From Alphaproteobacteria bacterium (GTDB lineage Bacteria; Pseudomonadota; Alphaproteobacteria; RF32; CAG-239): a stretch of DNA of 50,707 nucleotides. The notes under the pieces were generated by a model. It was not told the DNA's origin and searched no databases. It saw only the letters and a list, made by a program, of their open reading frames with translations. The stretch lies in assembly GCA_020025875.1 (NCBI GenBank), contig JAHHRI010000005.1:1-50707 (forward strand), in the 5' to 3' direction. Made by a program: the position numbers and the translations under genes. Shown here piece by piece: positions 8,024 through 17,781 of this stretch (position 1 is its first letter; every line of letters begins with the position of its first letter).

Positions 8024-8182
8024 ATGAAAAAAATAATTATGGCAGTATGCCTGCTTGCGCTTAGCGGTTGTGTCGCCGGTGAATTTTCCTCTGATCGGAA
8101 CCGGCTGCATGACATGAACAGCGATAAGGAAATTTGTGACAATCAGCCGGAGCGCTGCCTCAGCGGCGTTTCTGTCAGATAG
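8024..8182 (+). CDS. Putative 52-aa lipoprotein.
   Basis: Translated by hand as MKKIIMAVCLLALSGCVAGEFSS..., with lipobox LSGC and SD AAAGGAAAAA upstream. It falls below the length cutoff of the ORF track. Confidence 0.45.
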   Translation: MKKIIMAVCLLALSGCVAGEFSSDRNRLHDMNSDKEICDNQPERCLSGVSVR

Positions 8183-8201
8183 ATTTCGACAGGGAAAATA
8201 C

Positions 8202-11200
8202 ATGGAGCCGCAGTTTATTCATCTTCGCGTACATTCCGCCTATTCGTTGCTTGAAGGAGCGATGAAGGTACCGGCGTTGATGAACCGAGCTGCGGCAATG
8301 GGCTATCCCGCCATGGCGGTGACGGATACTGCCAATATGTTCGGCGCCAAGGCTTTTTCCGATTATGCGCCCAAAAACGGCATTAAGCCGATTTTGGGTA
8401 CTCAGATGTACATCCGCAACAGTGACGCCGACGATATTTTGAAGTCTAAGGGAAAAACCGTAGAGCCGGACAAAATTGTCCTTTTGGTTAAAAATGCCGA
8501 AGGCTATGCCAACATTGCCAAGTTGATGAAAATAGCTTATCTTGGTGAAAAAAACTTTGCCGAAAAGCCCCAGATTCGCCTGTCCGATCTGAAAGACATG
8601 GGCGGCGGATTGATTGCGCTGACTGCCGGAGCAGACGGCACCGTCGGACGCTTGCTGTTGGAAAACAGACCGGAAGACGCCACGGCTTTTTTGCTGGAAC
8701 TAAAAGAGATATTCGGCGATCGGTTGTATATGGAAATTTCCCGTATAGGGTTTGAAAAAGAAGCCAAAACCGAAAATGCGTTTATAGATTTGGCATACCA
8801 ATACAATATTCCGTTGGTGGCGACCAACGAGGCTTTTTTCTTCGACACCGATATGTACGAAGCGCACGATGCGCTGGTCTGTATAGCTCAGGGCGAATAT
8901 GTGGCAAACGACAACAGGGCAAAATATTCGCCCAACCAACGTTTGAAAACACCTGCCGAAATGGTGGCGTTGTTTGCCGATCTGCCGGAGGCGGTAGCCA
9001 ACACCGTCAATATTGCCAAGCGGTGCAATTATGTCTTGCAGTATGTTGATCCGCTGTTGCCGATTTTTGAGTGTCCGGAAGGCAAAACCCAGAACGAATA
9101 TCTGCGAGAAGAAGCCTATAAGGGGCTTGCTCACAAAATGGAAACACAGGTCTATTTTGAAGGCATGACCGCAGAAGAGAAAAAAGAGCTGGACGAACGT
9201 TATTTTGCCCGATTGGATTATGAATTGAGCATCATCGAAAAAATGGGCTTTGCCGGATATTTCCTGATCGTGTCGGACTTTATCCGTTGGTCAAAGACGC
9301 ATGGCGTGCCCGTTGGTCCGGGGCGCGGTTCGGGGGCCGGTTCCATTGTGGCTTGGTCAATTCAGGTAACGGAGCTCGATCCGTTGAAACTGGATTTGCT
9401 GTTTGAGCGTTTCTTAAATCCGGAACGTATTAATATGCCCGATTTTGACGTCGACTTTTGTCAGGAAAATCGGTACAAAACGATCGAATATGTACAAAAC
9501 AAATACGGCTTTGACCATGTGGCGCAAATTATCACTTATGGAAAGTTGCAATCCAAGGCGGTTATTCGTGATGTCGCGCGGGTTTTGCAAATGCCCTATT
9601 CGCAGGCCGACCGGATCAGTAAAATGATTCCGCCGCCGGTGCAGGGCGTGCAGCCTAGTTTGAAAGAGTCTTTGGAGCAGGTTGCCGAACTGGAAGAAAT
9701 GCGCCGCAACGATCCGCAAATCAACAAACTGTTTGACATTGCAATGAAGCTGGAAGGGCTTTACCGCCACACCGGCGTACACGCCGCCGGCGTTGTGATC
9801 GGTGATCGGCCGCTAGACAAGTTGGTGCCGCTTTATAAAGATCCGAAAGCCGATATGCCGGTTACTCAGTATGATATGAAATATATCGAATCAACCGGTT
9901 TGATCAAATTTGACTTTCTCGGCTTAAAAACTTTAACCACGATCAAACGGGCGACAGATTTGGTAAAAGCCAACCACGGAGTTGAGCTGGATATGAGCAC
10001 GGTGCCGCTTGACGACAAGGAAACTTATGCGCTTTTGCAAAAAGGGGATACCGCCGGCGTGTTTCAGTTTGAATCGGCGGGCATGAAAGACGTGCACAAG
10101 CAGATCAAGCCCGACCGTTTTGAAGATTTGATCGCTATCGTGTCGCTTTATCGACCGGGGCCGATGGACAACATTCCGAGCTACATCAAGCGCAAGCACG
10201 GGGAAGAAGAAATTACATATCTGCACCCGAAGCTGGAGCCGATTTTAAAAAATACCTACGGCATTATGATCTATCAAGAGCAAGTGATGAAGATTGCTCA
10301 GGAACTGGCAGGTTATACTTTGGGCGGTGCCGATAAACTGCGTAAAGCGATGGGAAAAAAGATTAAGGAGGAAATGGTCAAACACCGCAGCATTTTCGTC
10401 GACGGAGCCGTTGAACGCGGAATTGAGCGTGACACGGCAACCAGTATTTTTGATCAGATGGAAAAGTTTGCCTCCTACGGTTTTAACAAATCTCATGCCG
10501 CCGCCTATTCGCTGATATCCTACCAAACGGCTTATCTTAAGGCGCATTATCCGGTCGAATTTATGAGCGCAACCATGAGTCTGGATATTACCAATACCGA
10601 CAAGCTGCAGTTTTTTAAAGACGAATGTCGGCGGATGGGTATTATCGTGTTGCCGCCGGATGTAAACAAATCCGGATACGACTTTATGGTGGAAGATGGT
10701 AAAATTCGCTATGCTCTGACAGCCGTCAAAGGGGTGGGCGAAGCCAACATGAAAGCTCTGGTCGCCGAACGGGAACGCGGCGGTTTGTATAAAGACATTT
10801 CCGACTTTGTGCACCGGATTGACATCAAACACACAAACCGCAAACAGTTGGAACAGCTGGTCAAATCCGGCGCGTTTGATTGTTTGGACAAGAACCGCAA
10901 ACGCTTGTTTGTCAATATTGACAATATTATCCAGCACATCAGTTCGTCTACCGAGCTAAAAACCAGCAACCAGTCGTCTCTTTTCGGCAGCGAAGAAATG
11001 CAGGCTCAAATCAAGCTGAAGGACGAGCCCGATTGGGTTGAGCTGGAAAAATTGCAGCATGAGGCGGAAGCGGTGGGCTTTTATCTTTCCGCCCATCCGC
11101 TGGACAGTTATCGTGACGGTATGGAAAAACTTGGCGTTAAGAGCTGCAGTGAGGTGTTCCGCCATATTCAAGTGGGCGACGTGATCCGTGCCAAGTTGGC

Positions 11201-11672
11201 AGGTTGCGTCAACAGCTTTAAGAAAAAAATTTCTCAAAAGGGCAGTCACTTTGCCTTTTTGGAGCTTTCAGATGCTTCGGGAGCGTTTGAAGGTATTTTG
11301 TTTTCGGAAACATTGCAGCGTTGCGAAGATATCATCAATTCCGGCTTGCCGCTCTTGGCTAACGTGACAATCGAAAAGCAGACGGAAGACACCAACCCGC
11401 GGGTGATGATCAGCCATATCGAAACTTTGGACAGGGCGATTGCAAATGTAGCCAGCGCTATTGTTATCAGTATTAACAATATGGTGGCGGTTAAGCCCGT
11501 GAAAGAGGTTTTGAGCAGGGATAAAAAAGGCTCAAACGCAATATATATTAAACCCGATAACGATGAATGGGACATTACGATCAAGCTGTCGGGAGGATAT
11601 GCCTTTACCAGCGGCAACATCATCTCGCAGCTGAAAGCAATTCCCGGCGTCTCAGCAGTAAAGGAAATCTGA
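8202..11672 (+). CDS. dnaE: DNA polymerase III alpha subunit.
   Basis: PHP domain start MEPQFIHLRVHSAYSLLEGA, plus GPGRGSGAGS, NMPDFDVDF, FNKSHAAAYS and full-length collinearity. The 22 codons before 8202 overlap the lipoprotein ORF. Confidence 0.95.
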   Translation: MEPQFIHLRVHSAYSLLEGAMKVPALMNRAAAMGYPAMAVTDTANMFGAKAFSDYAPKNGIKPILGTQMYIRNSDADDILKSKGKTVEPDKIVLLVKNAEGYANIAKLMKIAYLGEKNFAEKPQIRLSDLKDMGGGLIALTAGADGTVGRLLLENRPEDATAFLLELKEIFGDRLYMEISRIGFEKEAKTENAFIDLAYQYNIPLVATNEAFFFDTDMYEAHDALVCIAQGEYVANDNRAKYSPNQRLKTPAEMVALFADLPEAVANTVNIAKRCNYVLQYVDPLLPIFECPEGKTQNEYLREEAYKGLAHKMETQVYFEGMTAEEKKELDERYFARLDYELSIIEKMGFAGYFLIVSDFIRWSKTHGVPVGPGRGSGAGSIVAWSIQVTELDPLKLDLLFERFLNPERINMPDFDVDFCQENRYKTIEYVQNKYGFDHVAQIITYGKLQSKAVIRDVARVLQMPYSQADRISKMIPPPVQGVQPSLKESLEQVAELEEMRRNDPQINKLFDIAMKLEGLYRHTGVHAAGVVIGDRPLDKLVPLYKDPKADMPVTQYDMKYIESTGLIKFDFLGLKTLTTIKRATDLVKANHGVELDMSTVPLDDKETYALLQKGDTAGVFQFESAGMKDVHKQIKPDRFEDLIAIVSLYRPGPMDNIPSYIKRKHGEEEITYLHPKLEPILKNTYGIMIYQEQVMKIAQELAGYTLGGADKLRKAMGKKIKEEMVKHRSIFVDGAVERGIERDTATSIFDQMEKFASYGFNKSHAAAYSLISYQTAYLKAHYPVEFMSATMSLDITNTDKLQFFKDECRRMGIIVLPPDVNKSGYDFMVEDGKIRYALTAVKGVGEANMKALVAERERGGLYKDISDFVHRIDIKHTNRKQLEQLVKSGAFDCLDKNRKRLFVNIDNIIQHISSSTELKTSNQSSLFGSEEMQAQIKLKDEPDWVELEKLQHEAEAVGFYLSAHPLDSYRDGMEKLGVKSCSEVFRHIQVGDVIRAKLAGCVNSFKKKISQKGSHFAFLELSDASGAFEGILFSETLQRCEDIINSGLPLLANVTIEKQTEDTNPRVMISHIETLDRAIANVASAIVISINNMVAVKPVKEVLSRDKKGSNAIYIKPDNDEWDITIKLSGGYAFTSGNIISQLKAIPGVSAVKEI

Positions 11673-11673
11673 C

Positions 11674-12573
11674 ATGATGAAGAAAATAGGCGGCAAAGTT
11701 CTCGCAAAACTGAAAAGCATCGGCAGTGTTGAATTTTTAGACGACCGTTCCGAAAACCGGATCAGTATTCCCTTTTGGGAGATGAGCTTTTTACCGATCG
11801 GCATTCTCATATATCATTTTCGGCGTTTTTTGGTTTTGAGTTTTGCCTATGCTCTGCCGATTACCGTTTTGGCTTTTTCAACGCAGTTGAGCTATGTTTG
11901 CGGTTTGGCAGAATGGAATACGAACCCTTATTTCTCTTGTCAGGCTTCGTTGGCGCTGTACATCACTTTTTTCTTGCTTCGCTTTTTGATTGTCGCCGTT
12001 TTTCTGAAAACATGGTATAAGACAGCCATCTGCGGAGAAAAACTGAATATACGGGAAATGTTCATCATTTCTGCGCAAGATTGGAAGTTGTTTGGCGGTA
12101 TATTGGTCATCATCGGCTTTTTCTTGCTGCCGTTTGTCTCCCTTTATGTTCTAAGTGTGCGTGTGCCCAATCCCGATTGGCGGATAGAGAGTCTGTTTTT
12201 TGCCGTTGCTTCGTCGGGTTTTTGGCTGCCGTTTTTGGCGTTGCGCTTTCTGGCGGTTTATGCTTTTGTTTTGGGTGGAGAAAAACGCCCGCCGTTGAAA
12301 TTGTTTTGGCGGCGAACCGTTGACAACACTTTGAAAATCATTCTGGCGCTGACACTTATTATTGCGCTCAACGCCATTGTTTTTCTAAATTATAATTTGC
12401 TGGCGGTTTCTGTTATCAGACATTCCTTTGTTGTCAGCGCCGTGATCTGCGATCTGGTTTACAATATGCTGTTTCTGTTGATGGTTTCAAGCCTTGCCGC
12501 GTTTGCCATTGTGCAACGGGCGGTGCTGTTTTCGTGGTACGCACAAGACGATACCGGCGAAAAACAAGAATAA
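11674..12573 (+). CDS. Polytopic membrane protein of unknown function (299 aa).
   Basis: Six to seven hydrophobic segments. The start lies 1 nt after the dnaE stop (TGAcATGATG). Confidence 0.6.
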   Translation: MMKKIGGKVLAKLKSIGSVEFLDDRSENRISIPFWEMSFLPIGILIYHFRRFLVLSFAYALPITVLAFSTQLSYVCGLAEWNTNPYFSCQASLALYITFFLLRFLIVAVFLKTWYKTAICGEKLNIREMFIISAQDWKLFGGILVIIGFFLLPFVSLYVLSVRVPNPDWRIESLFFAVASSGFWLPFLALRFLAVYAFVLGGEKRPPLKLFWRRTVDNTLKIILALTLIIALNAIVFLNYNLLAVSVIRHSFVVSAVICDLVYNMLFLLMVSSLAAFAIVQRAVLFSWYAQDDTGEKQE

Positions 12574-12622
12574 TTTATTTTCGGAGTTTTGCTTTTTTGT
12601 TAAAAGCGGAAGAAACCAGCCC

Positions 12623-12661
12623 ATATCCTCTTTGATGTTGATCAAAGGGGATATTTTTTTG
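12623..12661 (+). terminator. Rho-independent terminator.
   Basis: ATATCCTCTTTGAT-gttg-ATCAAAGGGGATAT followed by T7. Confidence 0.75.
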
Positions 12662-12874
12662 TCTCAAACAAAGGCAGATAAAATGAAGAGAAGAAAGCCC
12701 GTCATGGCTCAGGGCTGGCAAGGCGAGCTTCCGGCAAGAAAAAACAGCCAAGTAAAAAAGCCGTTGAGCTCATGGTAAGCATTGGCGCCACCGCTCAAGA
12801 AGCAGGGGAAAGAAAACCGCCTGCTCCTTGGGTGTCGTGCAGAAAATTTTCTGCTGACATATACGGCTTGTAGA

Positions 12875-15349
12875 TTATTCCGCTACCGGTTTTATGTGCC
12901 AGATTTTTTCGGCATATTCCATTACCGCACGATCGCTGGAAAAGCGACCGATGCGGGCAACGTTTCTGATGGCCATCTTAACCCATTTTTCGCGGTTGAT
13001 ATAATCTCGCTCCGCACGATGCAACGCCTGATTAAATTCTGCCAAATCCGCAAGCACCATATAGTAGTCGCGCGATAACAGTTCTTCGTAAATCATCTTA
13101 AACAGCAAAACATATTCTTTTTCGCAGAACATATTGGAGTTGAGCGAATTCATAATTCTTTTGATGTAGTCCGAACGGTCATACACTTCGTGCGGCTTGT
13201 AGGAGTTGTTTTTGTGCATTTCGGCAATTTGTTCTTCCCTAAGACCGAACAGATAGAAGTTGTCTTCGCCGACCGCCTCTCTGATTTCAATGTTGGCGCC
13301 GTCATAAGTGCCTACCGTCAGTGCTCCGTTTAGGGCAAATTTCATATTGCCGGTACCCGATGCCTCAAAACCTGCCGTTGAATTTTGGATGCTGATGTCG
13401 GCGGCAGGGATCAGCAGCTCTGCCAAAGAAACTTTATAGTCGGGTACAAAAACAACCTTAATTTTGTCGTTGACGCGCGGATCATTGTTGACCACTTGCG
13501 CCACATTGTTGATCAATTTGATGATCAGTTTGGCAAAGTTATATGACGGTGCGGCCTTGCCTGCAAAAATGTAGGTTTTCGGGCAGGGCGGCACGGTGTT
13601 GTCTTTGATAATGGCCAGATAGTCGCCGATAACTTGGAGAATGGTCATCAACTGGCGTTTATATTCGTGTATGCGTTTGGCTTGCACAATGAAAATACTT
13701 TCGCTGTCAACCGCCACGCCGGTTGTTTTGAAAATCTTTTTTGCCAAACGTTCTTTGTTTTCTTTTTTAATTTTCATAAAATCGGAAACAAATTCGGGCT
13801 GGTCGACAAAGTCTTCAATTTGCTGCAAAAGATCAAGGTCGGTGATCCACTCGTTGCCGATTTTGGAGGAGATAAGGTTTGCCAGCGGCGTGTTGGCATG
13901 ATACAGCCAGCGTCTGGGTGTGATGCCGTTGGTTACGTTGATAAACTTTTCCGGCCACAGTTCAAAAAATTCCGGCACCAGATGATGTTTCAACAGTTCG
14001 GAATGGATTTTGGCAACACCGTTCACCTTAAAAGAACCGACGATCGAAAGGTTTGCCATGCGTATGATCTGGTTGCTGCCGTCGCCGGAAACAATCGAAA
14101 CCTTGCCCAGTTTGTCCGATCGATTATCGAATTTGATTTTGGCAAATTCGATAAAACGGCGGTTGATTTCATAAATAATCTGCAAGTGTCGCGGCAACAT
14201 TCTTCCCAACATCCATGCCGGCCAAACTTCCAGCGCTTCGGGCAACAGGGTGTGGTTGGTGTAGGCAAAGATTTTGGTGGTTACTTCCCATGCGGTGTTC
14301 CACGATTGTCCGTAAACGTCGATCAGTTGGTGCATCATCTCCGGAATGGCCAATGCCGGATGGGTGTCGTTTAGCTGAATACAGATATATTCCGGCATTC
14401 TGTGAAAGTCATTGCTTTTTTCCATAAAGCGGCGAATGATGTCCTGAATGGCGCAGGAAACGAAAAAGTATTGTTGTTTCAATCGTAATTCTCTGCCCGA
14501 TTCGATACTGTCGGAAGGGTATAATACTTTGGAGATGGTTTCGTTTTCGATTTTGTCTTTCAAGGCATCGATATATCCGCCTTTGTTAAAAACGTTGATG
14601 TCGAGCTGTTCGTCACCTTCGGCGGAAAACAGCCGCAGGTAGTTGACCGATTTGCCGTTGTAGCCGACGACGGGAAAATCAAACGGAATGCCGTAAATGT
14701 GGGCGGAATTCTTCCATATAAACATAGGTTCGCCGTTGGCGGCATATTGTGTTTCCACCTCGCCGTACATGGGGATGGAAATGCGCCGATCCGGACGGGC
14801 AAACTGCCATGGCGAGTCCTCTCCTTTCCAGCTGTCTGCCATTTCTACTTGGTAGCCGTTTTCAAATTTTTGCTTAAACAATCCGTATTCGTAGTTAATG
14901 CCGTATCCAAACCCCGGAATGCCGAGCGATGCGATCGAGTCCAGATAACAAGCCGCCAACCGTCCGAGACCGCCGTTGCCAAGAGCCGGATCATATTCGG
15001 TATCAAAAATTTCTTCCAGCGATTCCCACGGCCAACCGTCTATTTTGATATTTTTTAAAATGTTGAACAGACCTAAGTTGTGCAGATTGTTTTCAAGCGA
15101 ACGTCCGATCAAATATTCGATGGACAGGTAGTAAACTCGTTTGGAGTTGGCTTTGTTGTAGCGGGCGATTGTCTGATACATCCGATCCATGGCAAACTCT
15201 CTTACCGCAAGAGAAATAACTTTCAGCGCTTCTTCTTTGCTGATTTCGCAGGTGCGCTTGCCGATGAAATATTTGGTGTAATGTTCGATTGAAAGTTTCA
15301 GTCTGGCTTTGTCGATTTCATTTAATATAACCGAATTTTCCTTCACCAT
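12875..15349 (-). CDS. glgP: Glycogen/maltodextrin phosphorylase.
   Basis: EASGTGNMKFALNGALTVGTYDGANIE pyridoxal-phosphate region and full-length GT35 collinearity. The ATG at 15349 has AGGAGACAAA upstream, whereas the ORF maximum is 15400. Confidence 0.93.
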   Translation of the reverse strand: MVKENSVILNEIDKARLKLSIEHYTKYFIGKRTCEISKEEALKVISLAVREFAMDRMYQTIARYNKANSKRVYYLSIEYLIGRSLENNLHNLGLFNILKNIKIDGWPWESLEEIFDTEYDPALGNGGLGRLAACYLDSIASLGIPGFGYGINYEYGLFKQKFENGYQVEMADSWKGEDSPWQFARPDRRISIPMYGEVETQYAANGEPMFIWKNSAHIYGIPFDFPVVGYNGKSVNYLRLFSAEGDEQLDINVFNKGGYIDALKDKIENETISKVLYPSDSIESGRELRLKQQYFFVSCAIQDIIRRFMEKSNDFHRMPEYICIQLNDTHPALAIPEMMHQLIDVYGQSWNTAWEVTTKIFAYTNHTLLPEALEVWPAWMLGRMLPRHLQIIYEINRRFIEFAKIKFDNRSDKLGKVSIVSGDGSNQIIRMANLSIVGSFKVNGVAKIHSELLKHHLVPEFFELWPEKFINVTNGITPRRWLYHANTPLANLISSKIGNEWITDLDLLQQIEDFVDQPEFVSDFMKIKKENKERLAKKIFKTTGVAVDSESIFIVQAKRIHEYKRQLMTILQVIGDYLAIIKDNTVPPCPKTYIFAGKAAPSYNFAKLIIKLINNVAQVVNNDPRVNDKIKVVFVPDYKVSLAELLIPAADISIQNSTAGFEASGTGNMKFALNGALTVGTYDGANIEIREAVGEDNFYLFGLREEQIAEMHKNNSYKPHEVYDRSDYIKRIMNSLNSNMFCEKEYVLLFKMIYEELLSRDYYMVLADLAEFNQALHRAERDYINREKWVKMAIRNVARIGRFSSDRAVMEYAEKIWHIKPVAE

Positions 15350-15482
15350 TTTGTCTCCTGTTCCTGATAATATGGGTTTGTCTGAGAGCATACGCGTCAA
15401 TTGTTTGAAATATCGTTAACAAATCGGATATTTTATCTCTTTCTTTTGTGCTGCCTATTGTTTTTACAATAAAACATTTTAA

Positions 15483-15510
15483 TTGCATTCGGTGAAAAAT
15501 AGAATATAAT
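15483..15510 (+). promoter_or_regulatory. Sigma70-like promoter TTGCAT-16-TATAAT upstream of the TolC-family gene.
   Basis: Read directly from the sequence. It lies about 33 nt upstream of ATG 15544. Confidence 0.45.
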
Positions 15511-15543
15511 CAGCAAAGCGAAAGTTAAAAGAGGTAACAAAGA

Positions 15544-16905
15544 ATGAAAAGATATTTTGCATCGGTTTTGATGAGCGGCGTTTTGTTGTGTGCTCCCGTT
15601 CGGGCGGAAACAATTTTTGAAGCTTTGGGAGAAGCCTACAACAGCAATCCGGATTTGCAGGCGCGGCGGGCTTATTTGCGCGCGGTTGATGAAAATGTGT
15701 CGATTGCCAAATCCGGTTTTCGTCCCAGTATAGATTTAATCGGCGGATATGCCGACACGCGTAACAATAACGATCGCAACAACAACGATGACGGAAGCCG
15801 CGCTTCCTCGGTCGGCGCAAAAATCACGCAGCCGCTGTTTAACGGTTTGTCAACCTACAACTCGGTCAAAGCGGCAGACAGCAGCGTTCGCGCGGAACAG
15901 TACAATTTATCCAATTATGAACAGGCTGTTTTTTTGAGTGCGTCCGAAGCTTATCTCAATGTTGTCCGCGATGCGGCAATAGCGGATCTCCAAAAGAGCA
16001 ACGAAAAACTTTTGAAAAAACAGCTGGACGAAACGACCGAACGTTTTAATGTCGGCGAACTGACACGCACCGATGTGGCGCAGGCCAGATCAAGCCTTTC
16101 GCAGGCAACGGCCAGCCGTATCAGCGCGGAGGGAAGTTTGCAGGTTTCCCGCGCTGTTTACAAACAGGTTATCGGTAAACAGCCGCAAAATTTAAATGAA
16201 CCCGACAATATTCACGAATTTTTGCCGGCAACTTTTGATCAGGCTCTGTCTTACGCAAAGGGCAACAACTATGAGGTTTTGGCGGCCAAACGCGCGCTTG
16301 AAGCCAGCGAATATGCCGTTAAGGTCAACTACGGCGCACTGCTGCCGCAGGTTGTCGCTACCGGCGAAGTGGCACAGGTCAAAAATGATCCCAAGCACAG
16401 TGGCTTAAACGACAGCACCGTAGACAGTGTCGAGTTTGGTATCAATATGACCATTCCGCTCTACGATGCCGGTGAAAACCGCGCCAAAATTCGCCAAAGC
16501 AAATATGCCAAATGGCAAGCTCACGAACAGGTTTTGAGTGCCGAGCGGGCAGCTGTTTCGGACATCACCAGCTATTGGGAGTCGATGGTGGCCAACGAGG
16601 CCATGATCAAAGCTTTGCAAGATCGGGTTAAGGCCAATGAAATAGCTCTGGACGGTGTCAGAAAAGAAGAAGCACTCGGCAACCGTACGGTTTTAGACGT
16701 GCTGAACGCTTTTCAGCTGTTGTTGGATTCTAAGGTTGAGGTGGTTAAAGCAAGACGCGAGTATTATCTGTCGGCCATGAGAGTGATGCAGGCAATGGGC
16801 AAGCTGACGGCAGAAAACTTAAAGCTTGATGTGAAACTATATCATCCTAAAGAACATTACAAAGAAACCCGAGGGAAATGGCTGTCTTTGTCGGCAGATG
16901 ACTAA
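15544..16905 (+). CDS. tolC: TolC-family outer membrane channel.
   Basis: Signal peptide ...CAPVRA, then the N-terminus ETIFEALGEAYNSNPDLQA typical of alphaproteobacterial TolC. Two-repeat OEP architecture. Confidence 0.85.
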   Translation: MKRYFASVLMSGVLLCAPVRAETIFEALGEAYNSNPDLQARRAYLRAVDENVSIAKSGFRPSIDLIGGYADTRNNNDRNNNDDGSRASSVGAKITQPLFNGLSTYNSVKAADSSVRAEQYNLSNYEQAVFLSASEAYLNVVRDAAIADLQKSNEKLLKKQLDETTERFNVGELTRTDVAQARSSLSQATASRISAEGSLQVSRAVYKQVIGKQPQNLNEPDNIHEFLPATFDQALSYAKGNNYEVLAAKRALEASEYAVKVNYGALLPQVVATGEVAQVKNDPKHSGLNDSTVDSVEFGINMTIPLYDAGENRAKIRQSKYAKWQAHEQVLSAERAAVSDITSYWESMVANEAMIKALQDRVKANEIALDGVRKEEALGNRTVLDVLNAFQLLLDSKVEVVKARREYYLSAMRVMQAMGKLTAENLKLDVKLYHPKEHYKETRGKWLSLSADD

Positions 16906-16919
16906 CACAGGAAAAAAAT

Positions 16920-17681
16920 ATGGCAGAACAAGAAATCAAAGAGCTTTCAATGGCGGAAATTCTTGCCTCCATCCGCAAAATTCTTGAGGAAAGCGGTGTA
17001 GAGGAAGGCTCGCGTCGGCAAGAAACGGCAGAAGAAGTGTTTGAGCTCAAGCCGTCGATGATTGTTCGCGAGGAGCAGACGGCGGACGAAAGGCCGGAAA
17101 TTCTTTCTGCCGCCCCCGGACGACTGATGTCTAAAGCGCAAGCAACCGCAATGGTAGATGACAGTGCCGAGGACTATGTTGTCGGCAGTAATCACCCTTT
17201 TGCATCAGCCGATGAGTTCGCTCTTTCAAAAACAAATGCTTTGTCAGCGTCCGAGAGTATTGGCGCGCAACCGCAAAAAACGCATCAAGCATCTGTTGCT
17301 TCTGGCGACAAAGACAATCAGGCGGGAGAAAAGCCGTTGTCGGCAGAAGAACCCTTGCTGAAAAACGATATGCTGCCGATTGAGGATACCGCTCAAGCCG
17401 AGAGCGTGGCAGATGTTTCCGAGGAAATTATCAGCAGCTTTACCCGTATGTTTGAACAAAACGACTTCCGCCGCCGCGCGGAACAGCCGCAATTTGATGC
17501 CGACGCTCTGTTGCGTGGTATTATTGGTCAGGTTGTGGCAGATAAGCTTGACAACAGAATGTTGCAAAGCTTGGTTAAAGAAACTGTCGTTCCGGTTTTG
17601 GAAGAGTGGCTTTCTCACTATCTGCCGAAGCTGGTCGCCGAAGAAGTTAAACGAGTGATGATCAAGACCGGCAGACTTTAA
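16920..17681 (+). CDS. popZ: PopZ-like pole-organising protein (DUF2497).
   Basis: N-terminal SMAEILASIRKILEE, an acidic/proline-rich middle, and C-terminal LVKETVVPVLEEWLSHYLPKLVAEEVKRV. It sits between tolC and valS, as I recall for Caulobacter. Confidence 0.75.
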   Translation: MAEQEIKELSMAEILASIRKILEESGVEEGSRRQETAEEVFELKPSMIVREEQTADERPEILSAAPGRLMSKAQATAMVDDSAEDYVVGSNHPFASADEFALSKTNALSASESIGAQPQKTHQASVASGDKDNQAGEKPLSAEEPLLKNDMLPIEDTAQAESVADVSEEIISSFTRMFEQNDFRRRAEQPQFDADALLRGIIGQVVADKLDNRMLQSLVKETVVPVLEEWLSHYLPKLVAEEVKRVMIKTGRL

Positions 17682-17781
17682 AAAGCCCTCCGGTCTTTCT
17701 GTTTGCTGCCCACGAAAGTATGAAAACTTTGCGGGCTGTTTGTGTTTTAGTGATGAAATCTGTGAAAAATGGGAAAATAAT

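Noticed and set aside
8136-8201. N-terminal 22-codon extension of dnaE.
   Set aside because: It overlaps the lipoprotein ORF. The conserved PHP-domain N-terminus begins at the ATG at 8202.
17682-17781. T-box or other leader upstream of valS (also checked upstream of lysS).
   Set aside because: The spacer is short and I could find no specifier or terminator-antiterminator structure. T-boxes are not expected in this lineage.
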